64,000 nt of DNA. It comes from Bacteroidales bacterium UBA1402. Lineage in GTDB: Bacteria; Bacteroidota; Bacteroidia; Bacteroidales; UBA1402. Both the position numbers and the translations under genes were made by a program. Every line of letters begins with the position of its first letter. The first letter of the stretch is position 1. The DNA lies in contig DBQE01000021.1 in the NCBI GenBank assembly GCA_002305085.1, positions 68,831-132,830 on the forward strand. The letters are read 5' to 3'. Positions 57,139 through 64,000 of the stretch are shown here, in pieces. The notes beneath the pieces were generated by a model, which was not told the origin of the DNA, did not search any database, and worked only from the letters and a program-made list of their open reading frames with translations.

Positions 57139-59415
57139 TCAATCTAAATTGCCGGAGAACCCGACGTGTTGAAATCTCTTTCCTCCAAATTCAACGGTCT
57201 TTTCCATTTTTGGGAAAACCAGAGAGGTATTGTAGCGTTTATCGGCATAAAATTCATAACGGCCACGCATCCAGATGACATCAAAAACACCTTTTTTGTG
57301 ATGACGCGGCACTATGGGCCTTACATTCAGCAAGCCCTTGGGTGTGTTCTCGGTAAGAGCTTCCGATTCCCAGCTTTGTCCGTGATCAGGTGTGGTATAT
57401 TTAAATATTTCGAACACTCCGTCCACTTGCTTAGACAAATACACGATCGAGGGATCGTCGTAGTCCAGGATAATACCTCCCGAATAATTGGGTTCGGGTT
57501 CGATTTTTCCTTTAGGTGTCTGAGGAAACCATTTGCCGGCTTTGGCAAGCTCTGTACTTGTCCAATTCTTACCATTCCACCGGGCATAATGATAGCGGTG
57601 GTCGGTATCGTCGGGGAAGGAGGCATAAACCATTACCGGGAAACCGGTTTCAGCTTCCAGGGCTATGTCCCAGATCCAGCCCTTGCCACAAGAAATACCG
57701 TCGTAAACTTCGTCCATTTCCGAAACGTCGAGGGGTTCTTGGCCAAAATCCCTGATCAGAGAACCGTCTGCCCGGTAAAAACGATTGTCTTTGAAGCGGC
57801 AATAAAAGATCTTATTATCCAACACGTCTCTTGGATGTCCTGTGGTGGCCGCCATGTGAATGCTACCGTCTGCCCCCTGGCAATAGCGCATGTAGGGGCG
57901 TTTGCCGGTACTGACAATGAATTCCTTCTGAGTGCCGAATGTCTCGCCGTTGTCGGTGGACAAAATCATATGGGGCTTCCAGGAACTGCCGCCCCTGAAG
58001 AACACCAAAATGGAATCCTTACCCAGTTGAAAGGGATAAGGATAGGTGACGGTATGTCCAAATTCATACACCTCCCCCCAGGAGCTGATATCTTCAGGGT
58101 TGGTGGTGATACATCGTTTGATCGTATTCCCGAAATGAGCCGCCACAAAAACAATGATGCGCCCGTCGTCGCGAATAAATAAAGTAGGATTGGCGTGATC
58201 GTCCGACTGAAATTTCTCCAGGACCACATGTTGAATGAATTCCCCGTTCTGATGATTGTACGAAGCCACCACTATATCGCCCGAAGTGGTAACCCACGAA
58301 AAATAGGTTTGTTCTTTTTCTCCTTTATGATAAATGGCTCTGGGATCGGCAAACCAGCACCAGGCACCGTTGACGGCCAGCGTATCGAAAGCGGCATCCT
58401 TTTCGCCCGGTATATGATCCACCCCTTCGCTGGTCATCAGCACCCGCTTTAGACTGCCGTCTTCGTTGTAATAAAGATAATCGACACAAACCGAACGGCT
58501 GTAACTGGTGCCCTGGGTCTGCATCGCTCCATTGTGGTAGAAAAAATACCATCGCCCCTTGTATTCGACAATCGCCTGGTGATTGGTGTTTGAATTACCG
58601 GCTATTTCGTTCAGTATGCCTTTGAATTCCCAGGGTCCTTCGATACTTTCCGACATGGCATAATGTATTTTTTCGGGAAAGCCCGAAGCATAAGTCAGGT
58701 AGTATTTCCCGTCTTTTTTATGTATCCAGGGAGCTTCGGTAAAACTGAATCCATCGAACATAATTTGTTTTACAGGGCCGTCAATCTCTATCATGTTTTC
58801 TTTGAGTTTAGCGTAGTAACACTCGCGATTGCCCCAGAAAATCCAGGCCTGGCCATCGTCATCGATAAATACAGCCGGATCGATGCAAGCCCAGCTGTGT
58901 GTACTGGCAAAACAATCGGCATTGGTCAGCAGTGGTTTACCCAAAGCATCCTTGTAAGGCCCTTCCGGACGATCTGCTATTGCCACGCCTATACCCGTTG
59001 CATTAGTACTCACGTAAAAGTAGAACTTCCCATTACGCTCCGTCACATGACCCGCATAAGCCTGACGGGAACTCCACTTGAAATCGGCCCCGTACAGAGG
59101 GATAGGATGTTCCTTGAAGTGTTTCATGTCTGTGGTGGAAAACACACACCAATTGTGCATGATGTAGCGATTTTGATTACCTGCAGCATCTTCTCCGGTA
59201 AACAACCACAAGGTATCTTCTCGTACCATAACTGCCGCATCGGCCGTATATTTATGGGTAACAATCGGGTTGCCCTGAACAGTCCATTCAAAATGGGTTT
59301 GCTGCCTTTCGGACGGATTTTCGGCATTGGTTTCCTGTGCCGACATGGCGACGACAATCCCTGTCATCGTCAGCCAAACAAAAAAAGTACGAAGCATAAT
59401 CTTATTGTTTATCAT
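57139..59415 (-). CDS. Fusion protein: N-terminal GH43 propeller + C-terminal BNR_4-like beta-propeller
   Basis: Signal peptide. GH43: ...NPIVTHKYTADAAVMVREDTLWLFTGED..., ...FTEAPWIHKKDGKYYLTYA..., ...NHQAIVEYKGRWYFFYHN.... C-terminal ~420 aa: ...AWCWFADPRAIY..., ...SDDHANPTLFIRDDGRIIVF..., Asp-boxes STDNGETF and TPDHGQSW. Confidence 0.75.
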   Translation of the reverse strand: MINNKIMLRTFFVWLTMTGIVVAMSAQETNAENPSERQQTHFEWTVQGNPIVTHKYTADAAVMVREDTLWLFTGEDAAGNQNRYIMHNWCVFSTTDMKHFKEHPIPLYGADFKWSSRQAYAGHVTERNGKFYFYVSTNATGIGVAIADRPEGPYKDALGKPLLTNADCFASTHSWACIDPAVFIDDDGQAWIFWGNRECYYAKLKENMIEIDGPVKQIMFDGFSFTEAPWIHKKDGKYYLTYASGFPEKIHYAMSESIEGPWEFKGILNEIAGNSNTNHQAIVEYKGRWYFFYHNGAMQTQGTSYSRSVCVDYLYYNEDGSLKRVLMTSEGVDHIPGEKDAAFDTLAVNGAWCWFADPRAIYHKGEKEQTYFSWVTTSGDIVVASYNHQNGEFIQHVVLEKFQSDDHANPTLFIRDDGRIIVFVAAHFGNTIKRCITTNPEDISSWGEVYEFGHTVTYPYPFQLGKDSILVFFRGGSSWKPHMILSTDNGETFGTQKEFIVSTGKRPYMRYCQGADGSIHMAATTGHPRDVLDNKIFYCRFKDNRFYRADGSLIRDFGQEPLDVSEMDEVYDGISCGKGWIWDIALEAETGFPVMVYASFPDDTDHRYHYARWNGKNWTSTELAKAGKWFPQTPKGKIEPEPNYSGGIILDYDDPSIVYLSKQVDGVFEIFKYTTPDHGQSWESEALTENTPKGLLNVRPIVPRHHKKGVFDVIWMRGRYEFYADKRYNTSLVFPKMEKTVEFGGKRFQHVGFSGNLD

Positions 59416-59443
59416 AGAAAGTAATTGAAAGTGATTTAAATAA

Positions 59444-59576
59444 GTTGTTTCCGGTGTTTCGGGTGTTATCGGTATTTCAAGTGTTTCCGGTGTTTCGGTG
59501 TTTTGGGTATTTCCAGTGTATTCGGTATTTTCTGTGTATTCAGCATTTCTGAGTATTCAGTATTATCTGTGTTTCC
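59444..59576. repeat. Degenerate 9-bp tandem array (~15 copies of GGTGTTTCN) in a divergent intergenic region
   Basis: Reads GTTGTTTCC GGTGTTTCG GGTGTTATC GGTATTTCA AGTGTTTCC GGTGTTTC GGTGTTTTG GGTATTTCC AGTGTATTC GGTATTTTC TGTGTATTC AGCATTTCTG AGTATTC AGTATTATC TGTGTTTCC. Confidence 0.9.
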
Positions 59577-59607
59577 GGAGCCTCCGGCTTATTTCCGGAG
59601 TCTCCGG
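59575..59607. promoter_or_regulatory. Two copies of the 13-bp palindrome CCGGAG-N-CTCCGG, 20 bp centre to centre (candidate operator pair)
   Basis: TTTCCGGAGCCTCCGGC (palindrome at 59575-59587) and TTTCCGGAGTCTCCGGC (palindrome at 59595-59607). They lie 41-80 nt upstream of the candidate -7 box of the SDR gene. Confidence 0.5.
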
Positions 59608-59647
59608 CAAAGATCAAAAATAAAACTCAATATTGCCGTTATTTCAT

Positions 59648-59655
59648 TAAGTTTG
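59648..59655 (+). promoter_or_regulatory. Candidate -7 promoter box (TAAGTTTG) for the SDR gene
   Basis: TAnnTTTG match 28 nt upstream of the ATG at 59683. Confidence 0.4.
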
Positions 59656-59682
59656 TTGCAAAATCTTTCATATAACGTAATT

Positions 59683-60393
59683 ATGAAAACTGCCATTGTT
59701 AGCGGAGGAGCACAGGGCATAGGCAAAGCCATCGCTCTTAAGCTTATGAAAGAGGGTTGCGCCGTCGTTGTACTAGATTCCGATGTAGAGCAACTAAAGG
59801 CTTTGGAAGCAGAAAACAGCGGCATTTTTGGTTTGCTTTGCGACGTGGGCAATCCGGACGAAGTAAACGATGCAATGGCCAAAATCGAAGCCTTGTACGG
59901 CAAAGTAGATTACTTGGTCAACAACGCCGGCATCAGTTACTTCGAACCTATGGATAGTATGAGCATTGACACCTGGAACCGCGTATTGGCTGTGAATCTG
60001 AGCAGTGTGTTTTACCTGAGCAAAGCCTGCCTGCCCCTATTCAGCGAAAATTCTGCCATTCTTAACATCGCCTCCACCAGAGCTTTGATGTCCGAACCCG
60101 GTGGTGAAGCCTACGGCGCCAGTAAAGGCGGCATAGTGGCACTGACACACGCAATGGCCAACAGCCTGGGCCCCAAAACCCGCGTAAATTGCATCAGCCC
60201 CGGCTGGATCGAAACCAAACACTACGAAAAGCTTTCCGAAACCGACCACAAACAACACCCGGCCGGCCGGGTGGGAAAGGTAACGGACATCGCCGAAGCC
60301 GCCTTTTTTCTGCTAAGTGAAAGCTCCGGATTTACTACCGGGCAAAACTTGGTAATAGACGGGGGAATGACGAAAAAAATGATTTACGAATAA
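59683..60393 (+). CDS. Short-chain dehydrogenase/reductase (SDR)
   Basis: The ATG at 59683 gives MKTAIVSGGAQGIGKAIALKL (TGxxxGxG-type NAD(P) motif). NNAG, and the catalytic YGASKGG (YxxxK). The track's longer ORF from 59503 runs through the tandem repeat and is not credible. Confidence 0.85.
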   Translation: MKTAIVSGGAQGIGKAIALKLMKEGCAVVVLDSDVEQLKALEAENSGIFGLLCDVGNPDEVNDAMAKIEALYGKVDYLVNNAGISYFEPMDSMSIDTWNRVLAVNLSSVFYLSKACLPLFSENSAILNIASTRALMSEPGGEAYGASKGGIVALTHAMANSLGPKTRVNCISPGWIETKHYEKLSETDHKQHPAGRVGKVTDIAEAAFFLLSESSGFTTGQNLVIDGGMTKKMIYE

Positions 60394-60474
60394 AAAAAAC
60401 AACTCTGCCTACAAAAGCCGGCTACTGTCCGTTTTTACATTGATTTTTATCCCAAAGGCGAAACATCTCAAAAA

Positions 60475-60963
60475 TTACTCTCTCCACAATCCCAATTTAC
60501 GATTGCGGGCTTTGCGCTGCAACTTAAGAAAATAGTCGGCATACTTTACATTGGGCGGGAACGTAGCCACCTGTGCGTAACCTTTGCGTACCAGCTCGGC
60601 ATTGACAAAAAGTCCGTTTTCAAGGTAAACATAGGCCAATAAGCGGCCGTAGCGATCAAGACTGTCCACATCGAATTCCAATCTTACCTTTTTACCCTCA
60701 AGCAGAGACTTGGTAAATTCGGAGGCTTCACGACCATAGGGTTCCGGAGCTTTTTGCGGATGCAATGTTTCGGGCGTATCTACACCAATTAATCGAACCT
60801 TTTTGCCTTTTTCGCTACCATCGTCCACCCAAAACGTGTCTCCATCCACCACTTTGGTAACGGCCATTAATTCTATCTGCTTTTTCTTTTCAGCCCTAAC
60901 AGTACTGGGCAAAAGCAAGAAGAAAACGGCCAGACCGACTAAAGGGAAATTTCTTTTATTCAT
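60475..60963 (-). CDS. Secreted thermonuclease (staphylococcal nuclease/SNase-like)
   Basis: The ATG at 60963 gives the signal peptide MNKRNFPLVGLAVFFLLLPSTVRA. ...VVDGDTFWV..., ...VRLIGVDTPET..., ...YGREASEFT..., ...DRYGRLLAYVYL... are SNase motifs. Confidence 0.85.
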   Translation of the reverse strand: MNKRNFPLVGLAVFFLLLPSTVRAEKKKQIELMAVTKVVDGDTFWVDDGSEKGKKVRLIGVDTPETLHPQKAPEPYGREASEFTKSLLEGKKVRLEFDVDSLDRYGRLLAYVYLENGLFVNAELVRKGYAQVATFPPNVKYADYFLKLQRKARNRKLGLWRE

Positions 60964-61112
60964 AATAAAATCAAGTAATCTCCCCAAAGTTAGAAATTCA
61001 TTTGATGATTTATAGCCGGACAAATACTTATTCGGGCAATTCTTCTTTTGTGTGGGTTGGGCTCACTATCCTCTTATATTTTACATAATAAATACCCCAA
61101 TATAATAGGGAA

Positions 61113-61790
61113 CTACCCGGATATAAAGAATTTTATCGCCTCCAACAGCTCATTTACTTTTTCCCAATTCGATCCCATGGGGATTTTTAGGACGGATGCC
61201 GAGGGATCTCTGAGTTTTATGATTACAGTATAATTGTGTGTAATTATTTCCTTATTGGAAACATTGTTGCCTTCGAAGTATGCCGCCAGGTTGGTATCGC
61301 CTTCGAAACCTCTGAACGAAGGCATTTTACGGGTATCCAATTTACCCACAAAAGTAGCCTCGCCCTTAAGAATTCTTTGATTATCGGTATATGTACACGA
61401 CAAAATATCGGAGTGGGAGAATAGTTTTCCCTGTATCATTATCCGTCTTGTCTTCCCAAAGATTATTATTTCCTCGTTCAGATTCTGCTCCTTAAGTACC
61501 AGGTTATAGGTGGGGTTCCCATACTTTAAAATTAACGCCCTTTTTTGCCTGCGGTAATCCGGCTTCGGTCTTTTCGTTTGTTGTATTTCCCCCACCTCCC
61601 TTTCACCTAAGAAAGGAAACAAATAATCCAACACAGACGAAACAACCGAAACAACCAAAGGGAACCTACTACCAGAACTCATCACAACTAATTTAAACGG
61701 CCAAAAAATATTCATTCCACTAAATGTCTCGATGCCGAAACCGGACACACACAGCTCTCTTTTTCTTGAAGCATCGAAGGACGTATACAA
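61113..61790 (-). CDS. Hypothetical protein, no recognisable family (start uncertain; internal ATGs at 61715 and 61682)
   Basis: Only an ORF of 225 aa. AT-rich codon content relative to its neighbours. No motif recognised. Confidence 0.4.
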   Translation of the reverse strand: MYTSFDASRKRELCVSGFGIETFSGMNIFWPFKLVVMSSGSRFPLVVSVVSSVLDYLFPFLGEREVGEIQQTKRPKPDYRRQKRALILKYGNPTYNLVLKEQNLNEEIIIFGKTRRIMIQGKLFSHSDILSCTYTDNQRILKGEATFVGKLDTRKMPSFRGFEGDTNLAAYFEGNNVSNKEIITHNYTVIIKLRDPSASVLKIPMGSNWEKVNELLEAIKFFISG

Positions 61791-61919
61791 AGATGCATCG
61801 AAAAACTGTTAAATTTTCTGTAATCCAAAAAAGTTTCGCTGTATATTGTTGTTATTCTGGTGGTTAACATCAAAAAGTTTCGCTTAAATCCGGACAAGAA
61901 TAATACTTGTGTGTAAAGT

Positions 61920-61962
61920 CAAAAATAAAAATCCTCGATTTCATCGATGATTTTTATTTTTG
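61920..61962. terminator. Long AT-rich near-perfect hairpin (14-bp perfect outer arms plus 5-bp inner arms), probable bidirectional terminator/insulator
   Basis: CAAAAATAAAAATC (61920-61933) pairs with GATTTTTATTTTTG (61949-61962). The inner TCGAT-TTC-ATCGA extends the stem with one C/T mismatch. Lies between tRNA-Arg and the orphan ORF. Confidence 0.5.
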
Positions 61963-62127
61963 TGAAATCTACCGCTTTTACCCCCTTTTTCGAATTAAAA
62001 TGGCTGAATCAATCGGACAACAGCCCGGAGATTCGGCCTTCAGATTCCGGATTGCTGATTTAATTTTCAGTTAAACGGGAAGCAATCTTATTCAGCCTCT
62101 TCATGTATTTTATAAACAGAGTGATAC

Positions 62128-62161
62128 AAAAAAGCTGTTCCAACCCGCGAGTCAAAACAGC
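62128..62161 (-). terminator. Weak candidate terminator just downstream of tRNA-Arg
   Basis: The minus strand reads GCTGTT-(16 nt)-AACAGC followed by TTTTTT. The stem is only 6 bp and the loop is long. Confidence 0.3.
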
Positions 62162-62179
62162 CTTCTTGTTGCTTCATAG

Positions 62180-62251
62180 TAGTCCCGCCGAGAATCGAAC
62201 TCGAATCTAAAGTTTAGGAAACTTCCGTTCTATCCATTGAACTACAGGACC
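62180..62251 (-). tRNA. tRNA-Arg (anticodon CCU)
   Basis: Minus strand: GGTCCTG TA GTTC AATGGATA GAAC G GAAGT TTCCTAA ACTTT AGAT TCGAG TTCGATT CTCGG CGGGACT A. It folds as a cloverleaf: 7-bp acceptor stem with two G-U pairs, D arm, anticodon loop TT-CCT-AA, and T-loop TTCGATT. No encoded CCA. Confidence 0.85.
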
Positions 62252-62273
62252 AAGATACTTACTGATTCGGGCG

Positions 62274-62281
62274 CAAAAATA
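62274..62281 (-). promoter_or_regulatory. Candidate -7 promoter box (TATTTTTG) for tRNA-Arg
   Basis: Plus-strand CAAAAATA equals minus-strand TATTTTTG, 23 nt upstream of the tRNA 5' end. Confidence 0.4.
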
Positions 62282-62363
62282 AGGCTAAATTTCCGATTGA
62301 ACAAGATTATCTTACCCGATACCTCCGATGGAATATTTCTTACTGCATATTTTGATGCAATGA

Positions 62364-63083
62364 TCAGAATAATTCCTGCAATACATCCAATGACTTTATC
62401 CTGGGGAATTCGCTCAAATGCAAACGGTAATAATCGAGGGTTTGGCGCAATATGCGCTGACGTTGGTAACGGTCGTAGCGAAAAGCAGGCATATTCTCGA
62501 AGTTAATGCGCAGCAACACAGCAAAGCTCTGAGCGTCTTCGGGCGACAACCAATCTCTGTGCGAAGGTTGGAGCGAACAAAAAGTACCGGCCTGCAAGTC
62601 AAAATATTTACCGGGGGCCTTGTCTTCCAAATTCGGATAAAAGCCCAGGTAACGGGTAAGTTTAATCAAAAATACCAGGTGAAAATTTGCGGCACCCTCG
62701 CGACAAAGATCCAGTATTTCTACAGATTGTACCAGAAAATCGAACAAGGCCGGATTGGACTCTCTTTCCTCCAGGGCACGGTACAAAACCTCCGATAAAA
62801 ACAAAGCTATGGCGTTTTTTACCGGATCCATCGGAATTCCTGTAAACGCAAACAGACTGCGGGCCTCTTTGAGGCGCTGCAATTCCCGGCTCCCCTTGTG
62901 ATCGGCTTCGTACTCAATCAGGGACAGAGGCTGAAAGAGCGACTGCCTCAGCTTGCTGTTTTTACGACTTCTTGTCAATAGATAAGCTTGCCGCCCAAAC
63001 TCCCTGGTATAGAGATGCACCACCGAAAAGGCATCGCTGTAGGGAATCTGATGCAACACAAGAGCCTGACTTCGAACCAGCAT
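62364..63083 (-). CDS. recO: DNA repair protein RecO
   Basis: MLVRSQALVLHQIPYSDAFSVVHLYTREFGRQAYL... is the OB-fold N-terminus typical of RecO. 239 aa. Confidence 0.8.
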   Translation of the reverse strand: MLVRSQALVLHQIPYSDAFSVVHLYTREFGRQAYLLTRSRKNSKLRQSLFQPLSLIEYEADHKGSRELQRLKEARSLFAFTGIPMDPVKNAIALFLSEVLYRALEERESNPALFDFLVQSVEILDLCREGAANFHLVFLIKLTRYLGFYPNLEDKAPGKYFDLQAGTFCSLQPSHRDWLSPEDAQSFAVLLRINFENMPAFRYDRYQRQRILRQTLDYYRLHLSEFPRIKSLDVLQELF

Positions 63084-63089
63084 ACGAGT

Positions 63090-64000
63090 TTAGAAAGAAT
63101 AGGAAACCCCCACGACGGCCGTGAAGCCCTGAGAGGGATAAGCATTCCATACTTCATAGAATTGATTCAGAACATTGTTCAGATGCAAAAATACGCCCAG
63201 CCGGCGGGTAATGTCGTAAGAAGCTCCCAGCGAAAGATAATGGATATCGGGCAAACTCCGGTAGGTGTTAAAATAATCGGGAGCATAGCGGACACCCTCC
63301 CAATGGTAGGAGGCAAAAAAAGCAGTCTGCTCTCCCGGAGTCAGGCTGAGCAAAGCCTCTCCTTCGAAAGCAGGCTTATGCCAGGGCCTGCGGGCATTGC
63401 TTTCTAACAAGATATCTGTCTTGGCGTTGTCCGACGAAGCTATGTAATGATTATAGTTGAATTTACCGCTCAAATTTAGGGTCTTTCTATAGGCATAATT
63501 AAAGTCCAGGCCCAGATAAAGCTTGTTCATTTTTACATAATCGGCCATAAACAGACTACTATAACTCAAGTGATTCAACAGGCCGCTGTCTACGGGCAAA
63601 GCATTGTAAAACATCGCAAGGTCTCTGGTAAAAGAATAGCCGGTGAATACGGTCATATTGAGACCCGAAAACGGCTTAACCTGCAAAGCTCCCCTCAGCG
63701 CCACCGGGCTGTACTCGGGCAACAAACGAATGGAAGGGTCCAGATAAGAATTGAGTTCCAGGCCTTCGCGGTAGGAATACAGTCTCTGTCCTCCATCAAT
63801 TCTAACGTTGAGTTTGGCCCAATTACCCAAAGGTCGGTCCACAGAGGCGGTGGGAGCAATCAATAATTTTTGTCCGTCCAAATAAGACAAACGAAATCCC
63901 AGGCCAAAATCCCATAATCCCAGGGAATAGGTTGCGTGGGGATTCATTTCAAACCATAACACATTGGCCGGCGCATCGTTATAGGCCGGGAAAAGCGGAT
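63090..64000 (-). CDS. Outer-membrane beta-barrel protein, C-terminal part (5' end lies beyond the right window edge)
   Basis: The track starts it at a GTG at 63962, but the frame stays open to position 64000 (...PLFPAYNDAPANVLWFEMNP...). Alternating amphipathic strands rich in Y/G/S/N, and a terminal ...VVGVSYSF with C-terminal Phe, fit an OMP barrel. Confidence 0.6.
   Translation of the reverse strand, partial: PLFPAYNDAPANVLWFEMNPHATYSLGLWDFGLGFRLSYLDGQKLLIAPTASVDRPLGNWAKLNVRIDGGQRLYSYREGLELNSYLDPSIRLLPEYSPVALRGALQVKPFSGLNMTVFTGYSFTRDLAMFYNALPVDSGLLNHLSYSSLFMADYVKMNKLYLGLDFNYAYRKTLNLSGKFNYNHYIASSDNAKTDILLESNARRPWHKPAFEGEALLSLTPGEQTAFFASYHWEGVRYAPDYFNTYRSLPDIHYLSLGASYDITRRLGVFLHLNNVLNQFYEVWNAYPSQGFTAVVGVSYSF

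Noticed and set aside
57166-59424. Plus-strand ORFs 57166..58182 (338 aa) and 58663..59424 (253 aa).
   Set aside because: Both are antisense to the GH43-BNR_4 CDS, which has clear family motifs along its whole length.
59444-59576. Considered whether the tandem array could be a CRISPR array or a coding collagen-like or peptide repeat.
   Set aside because: The period is only 9 bp with no spacers and no cas genes, and the reading frame is not maintained (units of 7-10 bp). It is therefore neither CRISPR nor coding.
59503-59682. N-terminal extension of the SDR ORF (MGISSVFGIFCVFSISEYSVLSVF...).
   Set aside because: It is simply the translation of the 9-bp tandem array. The SDR Rossmann motif begins right after the ATG at 59683, which has a -7 box 28 nt upstream.
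62000-62074. 24-codon ORF (MAESIGQQPGDSAFRFRIADLIFS) in the gap between the orphan ORF and tRNA-Arg.
   Set aside because: It is too short, with no promoter box or conservation evidence available, and it is indistinguishable from chance.
62237-62506. 89-aa plus-strand ORF starting inside the tRNA gene.
   Set aside because: It overlaps the tRNA-Arg and the recO 3' end on the opposite strand, and it starts at a TTG. It is spurious.

Overview
This is a Bacteroidota-type chromosomal segment. The evidence is repeated TAnnTTTG -7 promoter boxes in front of start codons, four proteins with T9SS C-terminal sorting domains, a hybrid two-component regulator, and GH97/GH43/PL1 content. Four blocks are visible. 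(1) At the left edge there is a 5' part of nrdD (class III ribonucleotide reductase). It is absent from the supplied ORF track because it is open at the window edge, and it is preceded by a clear cobalamin riboswitch. (2) 2.0-10.0 kb holds a hemicellulose side-chain operon (GH43, GH43-CBM6, CE1-like esterase, GH43) plus a convergent GH97. (3) 10.3-20.2 kb is housekeeping: folK-queA-truB-uppP-DUF3098-ftsX, miaB, an acetyl-CoA hydrolase/transferase, aroK and comM/yifB. (4) 20.5-50 kb is a dense pectin/rhamnogalacturonan island. It contains GH3, a hybrid two-component system, four PL1 pectate lyases (one fused to a CE8 pectin methylesterase), GH29, a sialidase-fold protein, an MFS transporter, GH78 and an uncharacterised 1543-aa T9SS protein with two tandem beta-helix-like modules. 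It is followed by a xylA-xylB-galK-nucleotidyltransferase operon, a PPIase, an M16 peptidase, a GH43-BNR_4 fusion, an SDR, a secreted thermonuclease, an orphan ORF, tRNA-Arg(CCU), recO and a partial outer-membrane beta-barrel gene at the right edge. I found no SusC/SusD pair, CRISPR array, transposase or integrase. The candidates most worth follow-up are the 1543-aa duplicated-module T9SS protein, the sialidase-fold/MORN protein with its MFS and GH78 neighbours, the 9-bp tandem array with twin palindromes at 59.44-59.61 kb, and an 18-bp tandem expansion inside folK. I cannot point to one clearly undescribed multi-gene system. All family assignments come from motif recognition by eye and need HMM or structure searches to confirm.
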